DNA of 64,000 nt from Chrysomallon squamiferum. Lineage: Eukaryota > Animalia > Mollusca. Position 1 is the first letter of the stretch. The number at the start of each line of letters is the position of its first letter. Shown piece by piece: positions 36,101 to 49,384 of this stretch. The stretch lies in assembly GCA_012295275.1 (NCBI GenBank), contig CM022673.1:8122001-8186000 (forward strand). Reading direction: 5' to 3'. The translations under genes and the position numbers were made by a program. The notes under the pieces were generated by a model, which was not told the DNA's origin, did not search any database, and saw nothing but the letters and a program-made list of their open reading frames with translations.

Positions 36101-39005
36101 CCTCGTACCAGTCAAGGAAAACTGAAAACCATTATTACTTTAAAAAGAACTCAATTTTTTTTTTTTTTTTATTATTATTTTTTTTTAATTCCACCCAAAA
36201 TAAATATGTATACTCTGGAAATAATTAATCCGTATAATCAAAAATGTACAGAAAAATACAAAATTTAAAAATCTGTTTCACAATGTATTAATGAGAAGTG
36301 CATAAATGTGATTATTTTATTTTTTCATTAAATAACTTGTAAAGAGATATTATCTAAAGAAAGGTAGAACATAAAAAATTATATTATAATCATATTATGA
36401 TGAAAAAAAAAAAGCCAAAAAAAAAAGAGAAGGTATTTAACTCACAGAATGCTGTATCCAGTAACCAGCTGTGAGGTGTGTAGAGATCTGCAGAAGACAC
36501 ATTGTTTTTCTGTGCTGGCCAGTTGATTGTATCATAGTCCTCCACATACAACTCCTGTGACAACAGTTAAACTGACAATCAACTCTAACACAAACACACG
36601 AAAATAAAATTTAATAATAGTATAATCCTTGAAAACGTAAGTTATTTTAAGTGAATAATAAATTCTTTAAGAATTATTGTCTTAATTCATCTTGTCCATA
36701 TGTATGTGTGTACATATGCAGGATTAATACATTAAACTACATCCAAGGTCAAAAGAAATTTTATCACTGTAACAAACTTGTTGCAATTTACAGGCAAACA
36801 GGGCAGATCCAGAATGACAGTGTCCCATAAGGGCAAATACTTGTGTTCCTTGCAAGTTCAGAATCACTTCCTATCAGTGACATCATCAGCAACAAATACC
36901 TTAGCTGACAGACAAATGGCCAGGGGATAAGGAGTTCATGGAATAAGGGCTTATAACCAGCACAAAACCTTTGTCTGTGATTAAGATGGACCCTACTGTA
37001 CAACTGGCAGTGACATGAATGGTTCACATTAGTCTTCACTAATGAAATCATCTCATGGTTAACAAAATCTTGACAGCTCAGCATTACAGCAGTCCTTCCA
37101 TTTATCAGCACGACAATGCCAGACCACACAAACAAAATCGTAAATAAATTTGTTTGGGACCAACAAAATCAGTGTATTGTCATAGTCTTAGTCATGTCAT
37201 CAATAGAATACCTTTTTCAGGCTCCAACCAAACAATAAGGCACTGGTTTTCAACAAAAGCAACTCAAATGACTGTATTAAAATTTTTGTTTCAATAATAT
37301 CTAGGGTTACCATATTTTCATCAACCAAACACAGTACAAAAGGAATCTATATTCATTATGATGGGCCCCAAACCTATCTACACATTTTTATTTATTCCTC
37401 CTTTCAAGTCAAGTTGAAAAAAGCTAAAACATACCCTTGCTCAAGAATGTACTCGCGACCCCCAGGTTGAAAACCTATGCAATAAGGACTGATTTAGGGC
37501 CTCCAAAGAGAATGGTTGTGCATCCAATATGACCTCATCAGACAACTGACATTGTCAGATAATTTTTGCATCTACTGAGGCAAGGGATGGTAACATACAC
37601 TGTTAATAAACTGATTTGTTACTGAACTCATTGTCCATGTTGAAAATTTCATTTCTGTACCCCAAATTACTGTAGCCTGCTCTGACATTATTATTGGGTA
37701 CTGTCATTCTTAGTGTTTACTACCTTGATATGTTGTCCTTTTCAGTACATTTTACTTCATGCATGCATATTTTATTGTTTTTCAAACAGAGTGGTTTAAA
37801 GCCATGAAAAAGTTTTGTTTGTGTATATAAATCTTACAAATCTGATTTAATAATAAAATATCTATTAGTCAAGTTTATACTGAATATTTCTTGATTTTCA
37901 GAAAGGTTTATCAGGGAAAAAAACAACAAATGATGATAGGACTAATAATATTATTAACTAACAATTATATTAAAAAAATAAATTCCATAAAACAAGTCAT
38001 ACTTTGCGAAGATTAACAGTAAACTCATCTTCAGGACGAGTGATTCGTTTTCCATAACAGAAAGACATTGGTAAAGCAACTTGTCTACAGTGACACCATA
38101 TTTTAGATGGATGCATTGGAAGCCATTGTGGTAAAATCCTGTAAAATAGATCTTAAGACATAAATTTATTTTAAACAGATAGAAAAAGAGTTCATAAATA
38201 ATAACGAGATGAATACATATAGAATATTAATGTTTAACAAAGGTGCTAAGAATTTTTCAGTTTGGTTATTTGTTTCTAAAAGCTAGAATGATGTGTTTTT
38301 TAAAGATTTCTTAAATTAAATAAATAAATAAATAAGTAAATAAATAGTTAAATAAATAAATAAATAAATATATTTGGTGTTTAATTTTAAAATCCAATAA
38401 AAAGAAAAGAAAATATAAATCAATTTAAAGATTAATTTTATCACAAAATTTAGTATGAATACACTTTATAAAAATCATGTAAAAGTAAAACTGTATACAC
38501 CATCTCACCAGAGTTCTGGGAAAAGAGAATGCATGCCATCCCAGCTATATAAGTTTAGAATTGCCAACCAAAATTTGCCCCAAGATGAAACAGCACATGC
38601 ACCTCCTGAAATCAGAAGAAAAAATATATTTAAAAAAAATATAAAAAACATCATTGCTAATCTCAATAAACAGAAGTCTGAATGGAATTATAATTATTTT
38701 CAGAAAACATAAAATATTTGCATTAGTACCTTTTAAAGAAATAAATATTAATTTATTATGGTAATTTCTCTTGTACATACAATAAAATTTTCAAACCTTA
38801 TGCTATACGATCAGATACAGAACATTTCATAATCATGTGTACTGAATGAAATATGACCATAGCAAGGAAAATATTTTTTTTAAATTTATATTTTAATTAT
38901 TACATTTTGTTTTTCCTGAAAAAGCAATTGGTTTCATTACAAAGCCATCTTTAAAAATATTGTATAAATCTGCCATGTAACAACAAAACAACAATGCAAA
39001 TTGTT

Positions 39006-39045
<40 letters not shown>

Positions 39046-40708
39046 ATTACTAAATGTTTTTTTGCTCTGAAAAATCAATGGATTTACTAAAATGCTGTAA
39101 TTTTAATTTAACAAACAAATTAACAAACATACCAAGTCGATGAAGCATTGTGCGAGCTTTTACAAGGACCAAATCATTGGCAGGAACACCAAGAATTCTC
39201 ATTGTTACATAATTGAGAGCACATCCAAACACAGTAGGCGGTCCCTCTGTGTGCCTAAAATAACAACAGTGCAGGATATTACTGTGGTAATAAAAATGAT
39301 GTCTTCATTTTCAGTTGATTATGAAAGTTTTAAATGTGTAACATTTTTTAGTAATGTTTGTGAAAAGTCAATCAGTTACTTTGAATTTGGTAAACTTTAA
39401 TCAGAACCGATAACATTATGAAATATATCTTAGTTTTACCTTGAAACAAGCATGAATGTTGCCAATATAATTCAGATATTATTTTCATATACATATACAC
39501 ATATATATATAAAATATATAAGTGACAAATAAACTACCACAGATTTGGAAACAGTGAAATGAAAAGAAACTGAGCAAACTTATTAATGCAAATAATAAAA
39601 TTACAAAGGGAAGATAACTCACAGTCCCCAGCCTCCATCAGGACATTGTACAGATTGCAAATATCTGATCATTTCAAGTTGATTAGCTTTGGGTATTGTG
39701 GTCCCAGTAATGTAACATGCGATGACCATACCTGAAATCAGATTTATTAAAAATAATAATTATTCTGTTGTTAGTTTATTTTGCCTGTTGTACAAAGTAT
39801 ATTCACATTAGTTCAAATATAAATATGTATATTTTTGTTATTAGTTAAAATATAAATGAATTTATAACTTTTATAAAAGTGAAGATTTCTTTGCGGCAAT
39901 TAATTATTTTTTTGAGGTATACATATTCAGTATTAATAAACAATTTAAATATATTTAAATGCTATATACAAGACAATATTAACATATATAAAAATTTTAA
40001 ACATTTACATGGCATAACAAACAATGGTCCTCCATAATCTCCAGCCCAGTGTCCATCTTCTACTTGTAACTTTGAGTAAAACTTCATTCCATTGTAAGCA
40101 GCTTCCTGTGCTGTCTTTGCTTCTTTCAAAGCAGGAGCCAAACTGCTCTGCAAAAACAGTAAAGCTGGTGTTTTATTTTACATGTTTCTGATCAAGTGTT
40201 ACAAATAAATAATTATTAATCTGTTCAATTTTTGTTGTTGTTGTTATTATTCGAATATTCTTTAGAAAGATTTCTAAAAGTTTTCCAAAATGACATTTTT
40301 GTTATATAAGGTTTCAGTTTTGAAAGATTTCATCAACTGAAATGCCATTATGTCAGAAAATATTTGCAGAAAATTTGAAATAAAAACATGAAAAGTTTTT
40401 TGTTTGTTATTTTAATCTATTTTTAATAAATTTATTTCTTTTATTATTATTCTCTTTATTTCTAATTTTGAAGTTTATTTATTTTAAAACCGTATTATAT
40501 TTAAAAGACATTATACTGTGTCAAGTCCCAGCGCATGTTTTTCAAATAATGTCTGTTCTCGTTCTGGTTCCTCTCCTTCTGCAAAAAAATGCCACGTTTG
40601 TCTCCCTTCAACACATGTCAGGCGCCATCTAGTGAGATCAGTGGCTGGTTCAGTTTTATATGGACCACCACGATTCCTTCTCATTGTATTAGCATACTTG
40701 TATGGCAT
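29955..40708 (-). CDS. LSS: Oxidosqualene cyclase / lanosterol synthase-like, copy A (734 aa, 17 coding exons)
   Basis: Exons 40708-40517, 40147-40009, 39731-39623, 39254-39133, 38605-38509, 38138-38003, 36554-36446, 36121-36003, 35636-35539, 34343-34316, 34034-33978, 33295-33173, 32819-32670, 31708-31612, 31229-30806, 30528-30450, 30080-29955. All are GT-AG and in phase, totalling 2205 nt. Motifs: [66 protein letters not shown] repeats, GVFNKSC. Confidence 0.96.
34783..35416. mobile_element. MITE in LSS copy A intron 9
   Basis: Perfect 19-bp inverted repeats AGTGAAACTCCTCTAAACT (34783-34801) and AGTTTAGAGGAGTTTCACT (35398-35416). The element is absent from the paralogous intron of copy B (538 vs 1195 nt). 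Confidence 0.75.
36790..37605 (+). mobile_element. Degenerate Tc1/mariner transposase relic in LSS copy A intron 6
   Basis: Broken frames give GRSRMT...[44 protein letters not shown] (DDE-domain motif) and [19 protein letters not shown]...EARDGNIHC*. These occur in Tc1 transposase order. The intron is 1448 nt vs 332 nt in copy B. Confidence 0.75.
37241..37479. mobile_element. hAT-type MITE nested in the Tc1 relic
   Basis: TIRs CACTGGTTTTCAAC / GTTGAAAACCTATG (12/14) are flanked by a perfect 8-bp target-site duplication CAATAAGG (37233-37240, 37480-37487). An 8-bp TSD is characteristic of hAT elements. Confidence 0.75.
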
Positions 40709-41366
40709 TTTTGTTTTCAATCTAAAAATAATAATTTCAATAAACGCAGTGCTGTACTCTTGTTCTAATATTTGGCTAGAATAAATATGGTTATTATGAA
40801 CTAAACAATAATAAATAAATTAAACTCTTGATTAGATTTAGAATTACAGTCAGGATTAAAACTAATTAAGGATGTGGCTGGAGATAAATATAGTTAGATG
40901 GGAAGAAGACAGAAATCTTTCGATAATCATTATAATGTACATCTGCGTTTGTTTGTACTGAAGAACATTCACGTTTATTTTATTTACTTATTTTTTTACA
41001 CTTTTGTTTTCTTATAAATTAAAAATTAGTAAACGGATAAAAACAACTGTACACTGCAATCCATTTCTGCTGTCTCTATAGGCTACTTTCCTTTACGATC
41101 GTAACACTAACAGTGGGTAATAATCTAATATATGTACCAGTTACATTTTGAAGTTTATCTACATTTTTTAATTTACAGCAAAGACCAAAATGGCTTCTAT
41201 ATTTTATGTGACAACATCATCAAAACAATAATACCTTTCTCTTGCATTAATGCATTCACTGTCAGTTCTTATATATTCTTGTGAAAAGGAACTTAAAACA
41301 CCCGTATATTCAATATTTTTCACCAGTCATATCTTCTATCTTGGAACAGGCGATTCCCTAGCCCTG

Positions 41367-41398
41367 TGGCCCCACCTAACAGAACCAATCATAAGCCT
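41367..41398 (-). promoter_or_regulatory. Conserved promoter block of LSS copy A (CCAAT box plus SRE-like site)
   Basis: The 32-bp TGGCCCCACCTAACAGAACCAATCATAAGCCT is identical to 54026-54057. It lies just upstream of a putative 5'UTR exon (donor at 41234). Confidence 0.5.
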
Positions 41399-42296
41399 GC
41401 ATTCTGGACTATTTTTAGAAGTTCGGGATTCACTCATGCCGATAGCAGTAATTTTCTACTACCTGTTTACAAACTTATTTCCTTTTCCGCTAGGCATATT
41501 AATTGTCTGAACCGTATATTTAACAGCGTTCAGTACTTGCGTACTTTTTATATATGGTGGAGGTAGAGCCTAGCATACACATTTATCTGTATAAAAATAT
41601 GCCAACACTTAATTTGAAATTAAAGTACTTTTGCGCTTTTAATTCATGGACGGTTTTAATATTTCAACTATCAAACTAGTAACTACAGTCCGCTTTATAG
41701 CAGTTGGATTAGAGAACGTTTTTAATTATTTAGCATTGGTAATTAAAAATTTTAAAAAGTGAAACTTTCGTTTTTCTTTGTAATAAATCGCATGTAAAAA
41801 AAAAAAAAAAAAAAAAAAGTTTTTTCAAAAATGTACTGAAATGCAAGAATTAGGATACCTGGTAGACGTACGCATTTATCATTACATAAAAGGGCTTGTT
41901 CTTAATCATTTACTCAACTGTAATCTCTGTCTCACTCTCTCTGCAGAAATTAACATATACAGACCTGTAAATATATATGAATGTTTGTAATAATAATATA
42001 TGTATAAAAAAAGTTGACATATATATGCTGATTTTTTTTAAACGCAAAGGTATGATATAACATTGATTTTAATGAATGAATGAATTTATTATTATTATCT
42101 GCCATGTAGACATTAAAAAAGTGAGAAGTCTCATGAAATAAAGATTTTATTCACAATTTCCAAATGTTTGTGGCAATGTCTGGTTATTTTATTCCTGTAA
42201 TCTTGTTACCATAACACCAAAGTTGCAATTCATTCGTACTGTGGAAAAATCAGTTAATTCATATTAAATCAGTTTCATAGTTAATGATAAAGCCAA

Positions 42297-42893
42297 ATGT
42301 TACCAGCTGATAAACATTACTGCTGCAGGAGCAGTATTATTGGTATATGTCATTTGTCTATTGTAACACTGAAGCAGTCTTTGGAAATTCTAATCGATGA
42401 ACAGAGTAACTGTAATATTCAAATATATTATTATGCTTATTACTGTTACAACTTGGTCAATTTTTAGACATTAGCTGTATTATATATTCTTCATCTTTTT
42501 TTCTCTGCAAAATCAAAAATCACTGGCTATGTACCGTTTTTATAGATTTATTGGTTAGTTGTTATCAGCTATCATCTGCCTTTTTTTAATCCTGTTTCTG
42601 TAGAATACTTTATATTGACGATAAATATAAGGAATGACTTGCCTGCTGAATTTAGCAGTCGGTTAAAAATGCACAACTTGTCATTGAAAACCTGCTTCAG
42701 AAAAACACAGCGAGCAGTCTCATATGACATAGAAACTGATATATTCACAGTCCTTGATTTTTTTCACTTGGATATTCAGGACACGGATGACACTGCAGAT
42801 GCACATGTGTTAATGAAGGCAAGAAATTCTGTAGCACAACATTTACATCGCTTAAATCCTATCGGAATTCCAGTTTATTATCCATATCTCTAA
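42297..42893 (+). CDS. Possible two-exon orphan ORF (132 aa) in the spacer between the LSS copies
   Basis: ATG 42297 to donor 42405 (phase 1), joined to a polypyrimidine/TAG acceptor at 42603, then a 290-nt stop-free exon to TAA 42893. No family is recognisable. Confidence 0.25.
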
Positions 42894-43109
42894 ATAACCA
42901 TAATAATTAATTGTCATAAAAATTGATATTTATGAAGATGCACTAATGGTCCATGTTAATTTTTATAGTTATTAGTAGTAGTGGTGGTGGTGGTAGTAGT
43001 AATAATTATTTATAAAAAAATTAAAATCATATAAATTTGTTTATGAAAATATTGAGTATACATTTTTAATGTCAGTGTTTATAATTACGTGTTTGTGCAT
43101 TTACGTACG

Positions 43110-43330
43110 CCATTTGTCTCCAGTTAAGATGCGTTTGAGCCCACCGAATTTTCCATGGTTGATCGATCCAACATAGAGTCTTCTTGGTTGCAGGCCATGC
43201 TACCGTAGTCTGATGCTGGCTGATGAGACTTTCGAGCCACGGGTTGTAGAAGGCATGTCGTGGTCAAGGATAGGATCAATCAATTTGGTGCCAGTTCATC
43301 ATAGGCCACGTTGAAGTCTGACAACAATGT
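43110..43330 (-). mobile_element. Short degenerate Tc1-like transposase fragment
   Basis: Minus-strand frames give HGLQPRRLYVG and IRWAQTHLNWR, resembling the Tc1 segment between the HTH and DDE domains. It is a GC-richer patch in AT-rich DNA. Confidence 0.4.
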
Positions 43331-44397
43331 GTAACTAACTGTAAAGTGCCAATGCCACGGCTTGCACGAGCATTTTTGAGATTTTCAAGACAACTTCTCC
43401 CAAACAATAACCTGCTTCATCAAGTTCACAAGGTACAGTTTGATGTTGAACTTCTATCCAGTTGTATTCATTCACACCACATCTCCATAAAAATAAAAAA
43501 TGAGCCATATACATTAGTACTGGGTTTTCTGTTGCTGTCAATATATTTGAGATTTTCAAAATATAAAGGGAACAATCTTAGAATAATAAATACATTTTTT
43601 TTCTGAAAATGCGAAAATTGTTTGAATGGAGTAAGATTGTTGAGAATCTGTTAATTTTTATCAATATGGGATCAAAAGCTATTTTCATTTTAATTATTTG
43701 CAATGTCATACTCATTTTGAGACACAGATTATGATCAGAAATATAAAAGAAACAATTATATATATAAAATCAAAATGTCTCAATTCCACATAATTATTTT
43801 CATGTTGTTGGACACTCAACAGTTATTCTACTCGATGCAATCCATTATCTAAAAAAGTAAATAAATAAATAAATAAATGTTCAAGAAATCTTTCAAACAA
43901 GAAATATACCTACACAAAAAGTACATGCCCTTTCAGAAAATGCTCCTCAGTCATTTTCATCCTGAGATATAAAATCACAAAAAAGTCTGTTGTCTTTCTT
44001 GTCATGATTTTTAATTGTATTTTACTTAATTCTGAATTCACAAAACAGACTGAAACAACTGAAACATCAAGGGAAGGTTAAATTGAGAAAAAGAGAAAAC
44101 AGTTATTTTAGTTATTTTTATTTCACAATAAATTTAAACCACCATCCAATATAATACATTTCTTATCGTATTAAAAATAATAATCAGCATTGTCTTTTAA
44201 AAAACTAATACATAAACCTTTACTGTTAGTACGTCCATAGTTGTATTTTCTTTTTTCATAAATCAAGCAGCAATTGTCTTTTTTTTTTAAATTAAAAAAA
44301 CAAAAACAAAAAAATTCAACAAAAAAACCCTACAGTAATAATAATAATAATTTCAATTTGTGTAAAGCATTTGACAGTCCAAATCTTAAACAGAAAG

Positions 44398-47300
44398 TCA
44401 TTTGGCTAGTGAACTCTCAGGGAAAAGTTTGTAAAATCGACCAAGAGTCCAGATAGGAAAAACACTGCGATAATTGGTGTAAGCTATCCCACATGACTTG
44501 TTCAACATGCCACTAAAATTTTCCTGAAATAATTCAAAAGATACGTCAAACATAATTTTAATAATTGTAAAATAATTTAAGTATTTTATTAATAAATGTT
44601 TCTTTACTTCTGTTATTGTGTTGTTTTGGTACACAATTAACCTGTCGCTAAAATCACCTAAATGATATTAAGCCAATCAAAGATATTTATTAATGCAACG
44701 AATGAAAAACCTTTATTGTTACAGCCAATAATATTGCAGATAACAAAGATGATTATTTGCAACTCTGTTTTCTTACTTAAACATTATTTCATTAGGTATT
44801 TTAGATACTGATGATGGCTGTGTAAAAGCACATTAAATTAACTGATTTATAACTCTATAAGGATGATAAATAAACTAATAGAAATTATTTGACCTGAGGC
44901 CAATCTCCATTGGGTAGCTGTCTCTCCATAATTACATGAATCCCTTTCTCCAAGGCTTCCAAATGAGGAAACCTGGGAAAAAAATAATAATAATAAAAAT
45001 AAAAAAACGGAAAGAAAAGAAATCTGTAACAAATGGCTCATATCCATTTAAAATAACAATTATGAAAGAAATAATTTATCAGATGAAAATGAATTTGGAA
45101 ATTTAAGAAAAAGAATTATATTTTACAGACTAATTTTCATTTTTCCTCTTGGATGAAATATATAGATAACGTCTTTTTTCAAAAAGACCAGAACTTTTTA
45201 TTTCATCTACTTCACAACAGAAATGAAGATTCTACAAACTTTTTTTTTACTACAGTCTTTTAAAACAAAAACTTCTACAAATTAACAACAACTGTGTACA
45301 AACCTGACAGCCATCAGTCCTAGAAGAGCCCAGCAAGTGTTAACAATCTGAGACTTTTTACTCTGAACATACTTGCGAGTCTCACAAGATTCAAAATCCT
45401 CACCCCAACCTCCATCAGCCATCTGTTTGGACAGTAAAAAATCACAGGCTTTCTTCACCTCTCTTGGCACATTGTTTTTATCATAATGATAACCCATACA
45501 TCCATATGCTTCGAGTCCAAACCAGGCACCATACGTAAAGCAAATGCCCCACGAGCCTTCCCAAGATCCATCTGCTCTCTGTTTCTTACGAATGAATTCC
45601 AGCCCATCAGAAAGAACAGACTGAATCTCAGCTTGTCTGTATTCAGGGTATTTTTGGTTAAATGTATGCAAAGCCTGGATAACAGATGAAGTACACTCAA
45701 CATATGTGTAGTCTATCACGATATCACCTATAAGCATAATAAAAACTTAGCGTTTAAATAACATACTCTGCCATTGAGTAAAAAATTTGAGTATTCTCTC
45801 TTCAGAGCACAAAATCATTTTATTTACAGTACACTTTTCCACACTGACTCTTAAACATGAACTATTGTTTGGTGAGGACATATAGGATTTAAATAATATA
45901 CTTTAACATGTTACCATTAAGCAGAAATATGTCACTGATACATATATTTTTCTCTGTTTTTATTTCACAGAAAAAGCTTTTTGTAACAACACTGTATAAA
46001 TGGCCAATAACATTTCATCATTACACTAGTGGTTACATAACCTCAGTTTGAACAGAAATAGCATGTCAGAATTCAAGCACACAGTGATCTCAGGACTAAC
46101 TGTTTAGAACAATGGAAAGGTGCAAAGCAAGAATGAAAATGATTTTTAAGTTATATACAAGCATTTCTTACAGAAGAATTTTTTTTAAAAATAAAACATT
46201 GAACAGCACATACCAAACATTTCCGATGGATTGAATAGTTCAAGTAATACAGATCCACGTTTTGTCTCGAATGTAGCATAGCCACCATCATGACACTTCA
46301 TGTTTAACATCTTTTAACATGAATAAATAGTTCAAATTTTTTTTACAAATAATTAAAATTGATTAAAAATAGAAAATAATATTTAACCAGTTATAGAGAA
46401 GAGTACACAAATATTTGATTCACTAACATTTCAAATAGAAAAATAAAAAAAGATGAAGTTTCTAAAGAATATATCAAACAAAAGCAATAGCAAATGTTGA
46501 CATGTTACACAACAAATTTAAATTTATCAAAATTCAACCATCTATCCTTTCTTCTGCCAGACTATGTTTACTTCAACACTCATCCAACCACTCATCAGTC
46601 TATCACTATTTTCTACAAATGCAAAAACAAATGAAGAAAACAAAAAAAAACCCAGAACTAATTCCCTACCACGTCAACAGCCTGAAAGATTCGCTCATCT
46701 GGAATTAGCTTGTTGAGACTGTCACATTTTTCTTGTAAATACAACACACTTTTCAAACCTTCTGCTGTGCAGTCTGACACTATCCATCCGCAGTCACGAG
46801 TACTGAAGGGAAAGCCTCCCTAATAAATAAAATATCTCTTCTTTTTAATATTATTTTGTATTTGTTAAAAATGAAGACTTAATAAATCACAGTCTGACTA
46901 ACGACAATTAATCATTTAATTTCAGAAGACTTTATAATAAAAAATTACAGAATAAATTAACAAACATCTTTATTTAATATAGAATTATATTTTAAAATGA
47001 AAACTGCATAATTTAATTAATGAATTGACAAATGATACTACATTATATATAGGTTACTTTTTAAATTATGAATTGGACTATAATAGTAATAATAATAATA
47101 AATATAATAATAAATATAATTATAATAATAATAATAATAATAATAAATGCACAGACCTTGCTCATTTGTCTGTAGTATTTCTGGTAGTCTGGAAGATTTT
47201 CTGTGATCTGAGTTATTCTTAAAAAGTCATGAACATTTCTTAGAGTGTCCTTGAACTCTGACATTTGATCAGCACCAGCCTGGTGATGAACAATATTAAA

Positions 47301-49332
47301 GAATATTTAAAAAGAATCTTTTTTTTTTTTTATATGATTAAAAATTATTTACTGTATTAAGAAAATATTGTCTGCAAATACATAAGAAATTAAAAGAAAC
47401 TAAAAATAAAAATTACCTCTAAGAATGCTTGACAAGCAAAAGCTGCATCCCACAGCTGCGAACCATCACTCCCCTTTTCATGGAAAAGAAAAGAAGACAA
47501 AATGTGAAATACATTTTTTCCAGTTTGTATATTCTATTAAGATTAAATAATCTGTTGCTTTAAATATATACACCACAATTACTGTGTATAATGAAAAAGT
47601 TGAATAACAAATTTTTTGTCCTTCATAGTTTACCTTTACTATAAATTATTTATTTTGTAAAGACAATAAATTCCTCAACATTTATGAACTAACATATGTA
47701 GGATCCCAGTTTCGAAACAATACAGTGAAAATAAAGTTCTGTTTTTAAAACGTTAATTTTTCCATAGATAAATTTAATAATTAATACTAACTGCCACCTT
47801 CATTCCATCCAGCCCAAGCCTGCGAAAAAAAAAAAATTGTATGATTTTACTGAAGGTCTGAAAGTATAATGTTTTCAGGTTAAAGCAAAATTAATTATGA
47901 GTGGCTTTAAATAGGGATGGAACTAGTATTCCAAGCTACAGTTATCCAAAGAGTAATCTATCCTGGAATAAAAAATGATGGAATTGATTTGACTTGAATT
48001 CTAATTCTACTCATTTATATGTTATTGATTTGGAATAAGACTAAAATATATAATTTATATTTAAAATGACTTTCAGACAAAAATACTCTATTATTATATT
48101 TTTGGAAGTCTATTACTAGGGTCTAAAACAGAAATGAAATAATGAAATAAAGCCAAAAAGATTTATAAAAAGGTTAGTAATGTATAGAGTAAACATATCA
48201 TTATAGTTTATGATGGTTGATAATGTTAAGTTGTTTTGGCAGAAAGGTTTTTTTTTTTTTTTTTAGATATGTTCTTTATTCCAGGTGTATTATTTTAAAT
48301 CATTTTTGCTATACTGGTTTCATTTACAGTACTATTACAGATTTCCTAGAAACAAACCATAAATAGTCTTTAACTCTGTCTTGGTGTTTTTTGAAGTCAT
48401 TGTTTTCTGGACCATCTTCATACCACCGTACAATCATCTGAACAAACTTTGATACCTGGAATAACAACATAAACATAAAAATTAATCCTTAAAATTTTAT
48501 TTATTTATTTATTTAATATTGCAAAAGATATTTATCACAACAAATTTTTTCCAATAATAATGTAAGAATCATTACACCATGTTTAGGACTTGGATTTAAT
48601 GATTTTTAAAATTAATTATTTCTGATAACATACTGTTTTCACAAATTATGTGATTATGTATGTACACATGACAGCTATGTAATACATTTATATAACAACT
48701 GAAGAAAACTATACTGATATAAAGAATATGTAGTAAAATATATGCTAGGTTTGGGTGAAGTTTGTTAGGTTAGGATGGTTATGGGTGCAAGTGTAATTTT
48801 TACTCTTACCTTGATGGAAAGTGGGTTGTGACAGGGTTTCCATGATTTTATATTAGGACTCAGAATAATTTAATAACACCTAGAGGTAACGTTTAAAGTG
48901 GGAAATGGCGGTAAGTTCAAATTTTGTGATTTTTGATTTTTGAAATTCGGGAAACTAAGATTTGGACTATATATTTTCGGACAATATATATTTTATTATA
49001 TTCATGTTACTTGTTAGACGTTTTACATTTGTGGGTTGGTCAGTTCGTGAGTTTTATTTATTTATTTATTTTTGTTTGGAGGGGTGTAGGGAATAGTAAA
49101 TTGAGCATTGCTGTACGAGGGTTAGTGATTGTGTAGATAGATAACACTGTGTGGAATGAAAAGTAGAATGTGTTTTTTTTTTTTTTTTTTTTAATTCATT
49201 AAGTGTTTACAGTGTTTCGATCGTTGTGGTGTTCTTTTGGTTCTTAGAACGTGACGGACTAGGTCTCAGATTTAATCCGTATTTTGTTAATTTTTTCATC
49301 ATCACATGAAGAATAAGTAATTTAATAATAAT

Positions 49333-49384
<52 letters not shown>

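Noticed and set aside
40518-40784. Plus-strand ORFs antisense to LSS exon 1 in both copies
   Set aside because: These are shadow ORFs of the conserved coding exon.
48740-49290. Copy-B-specific intron insertion with GGTTAGG motifs
   Set aside because: Likely a repeat, but no termini, TSD or coding motif could be defined.
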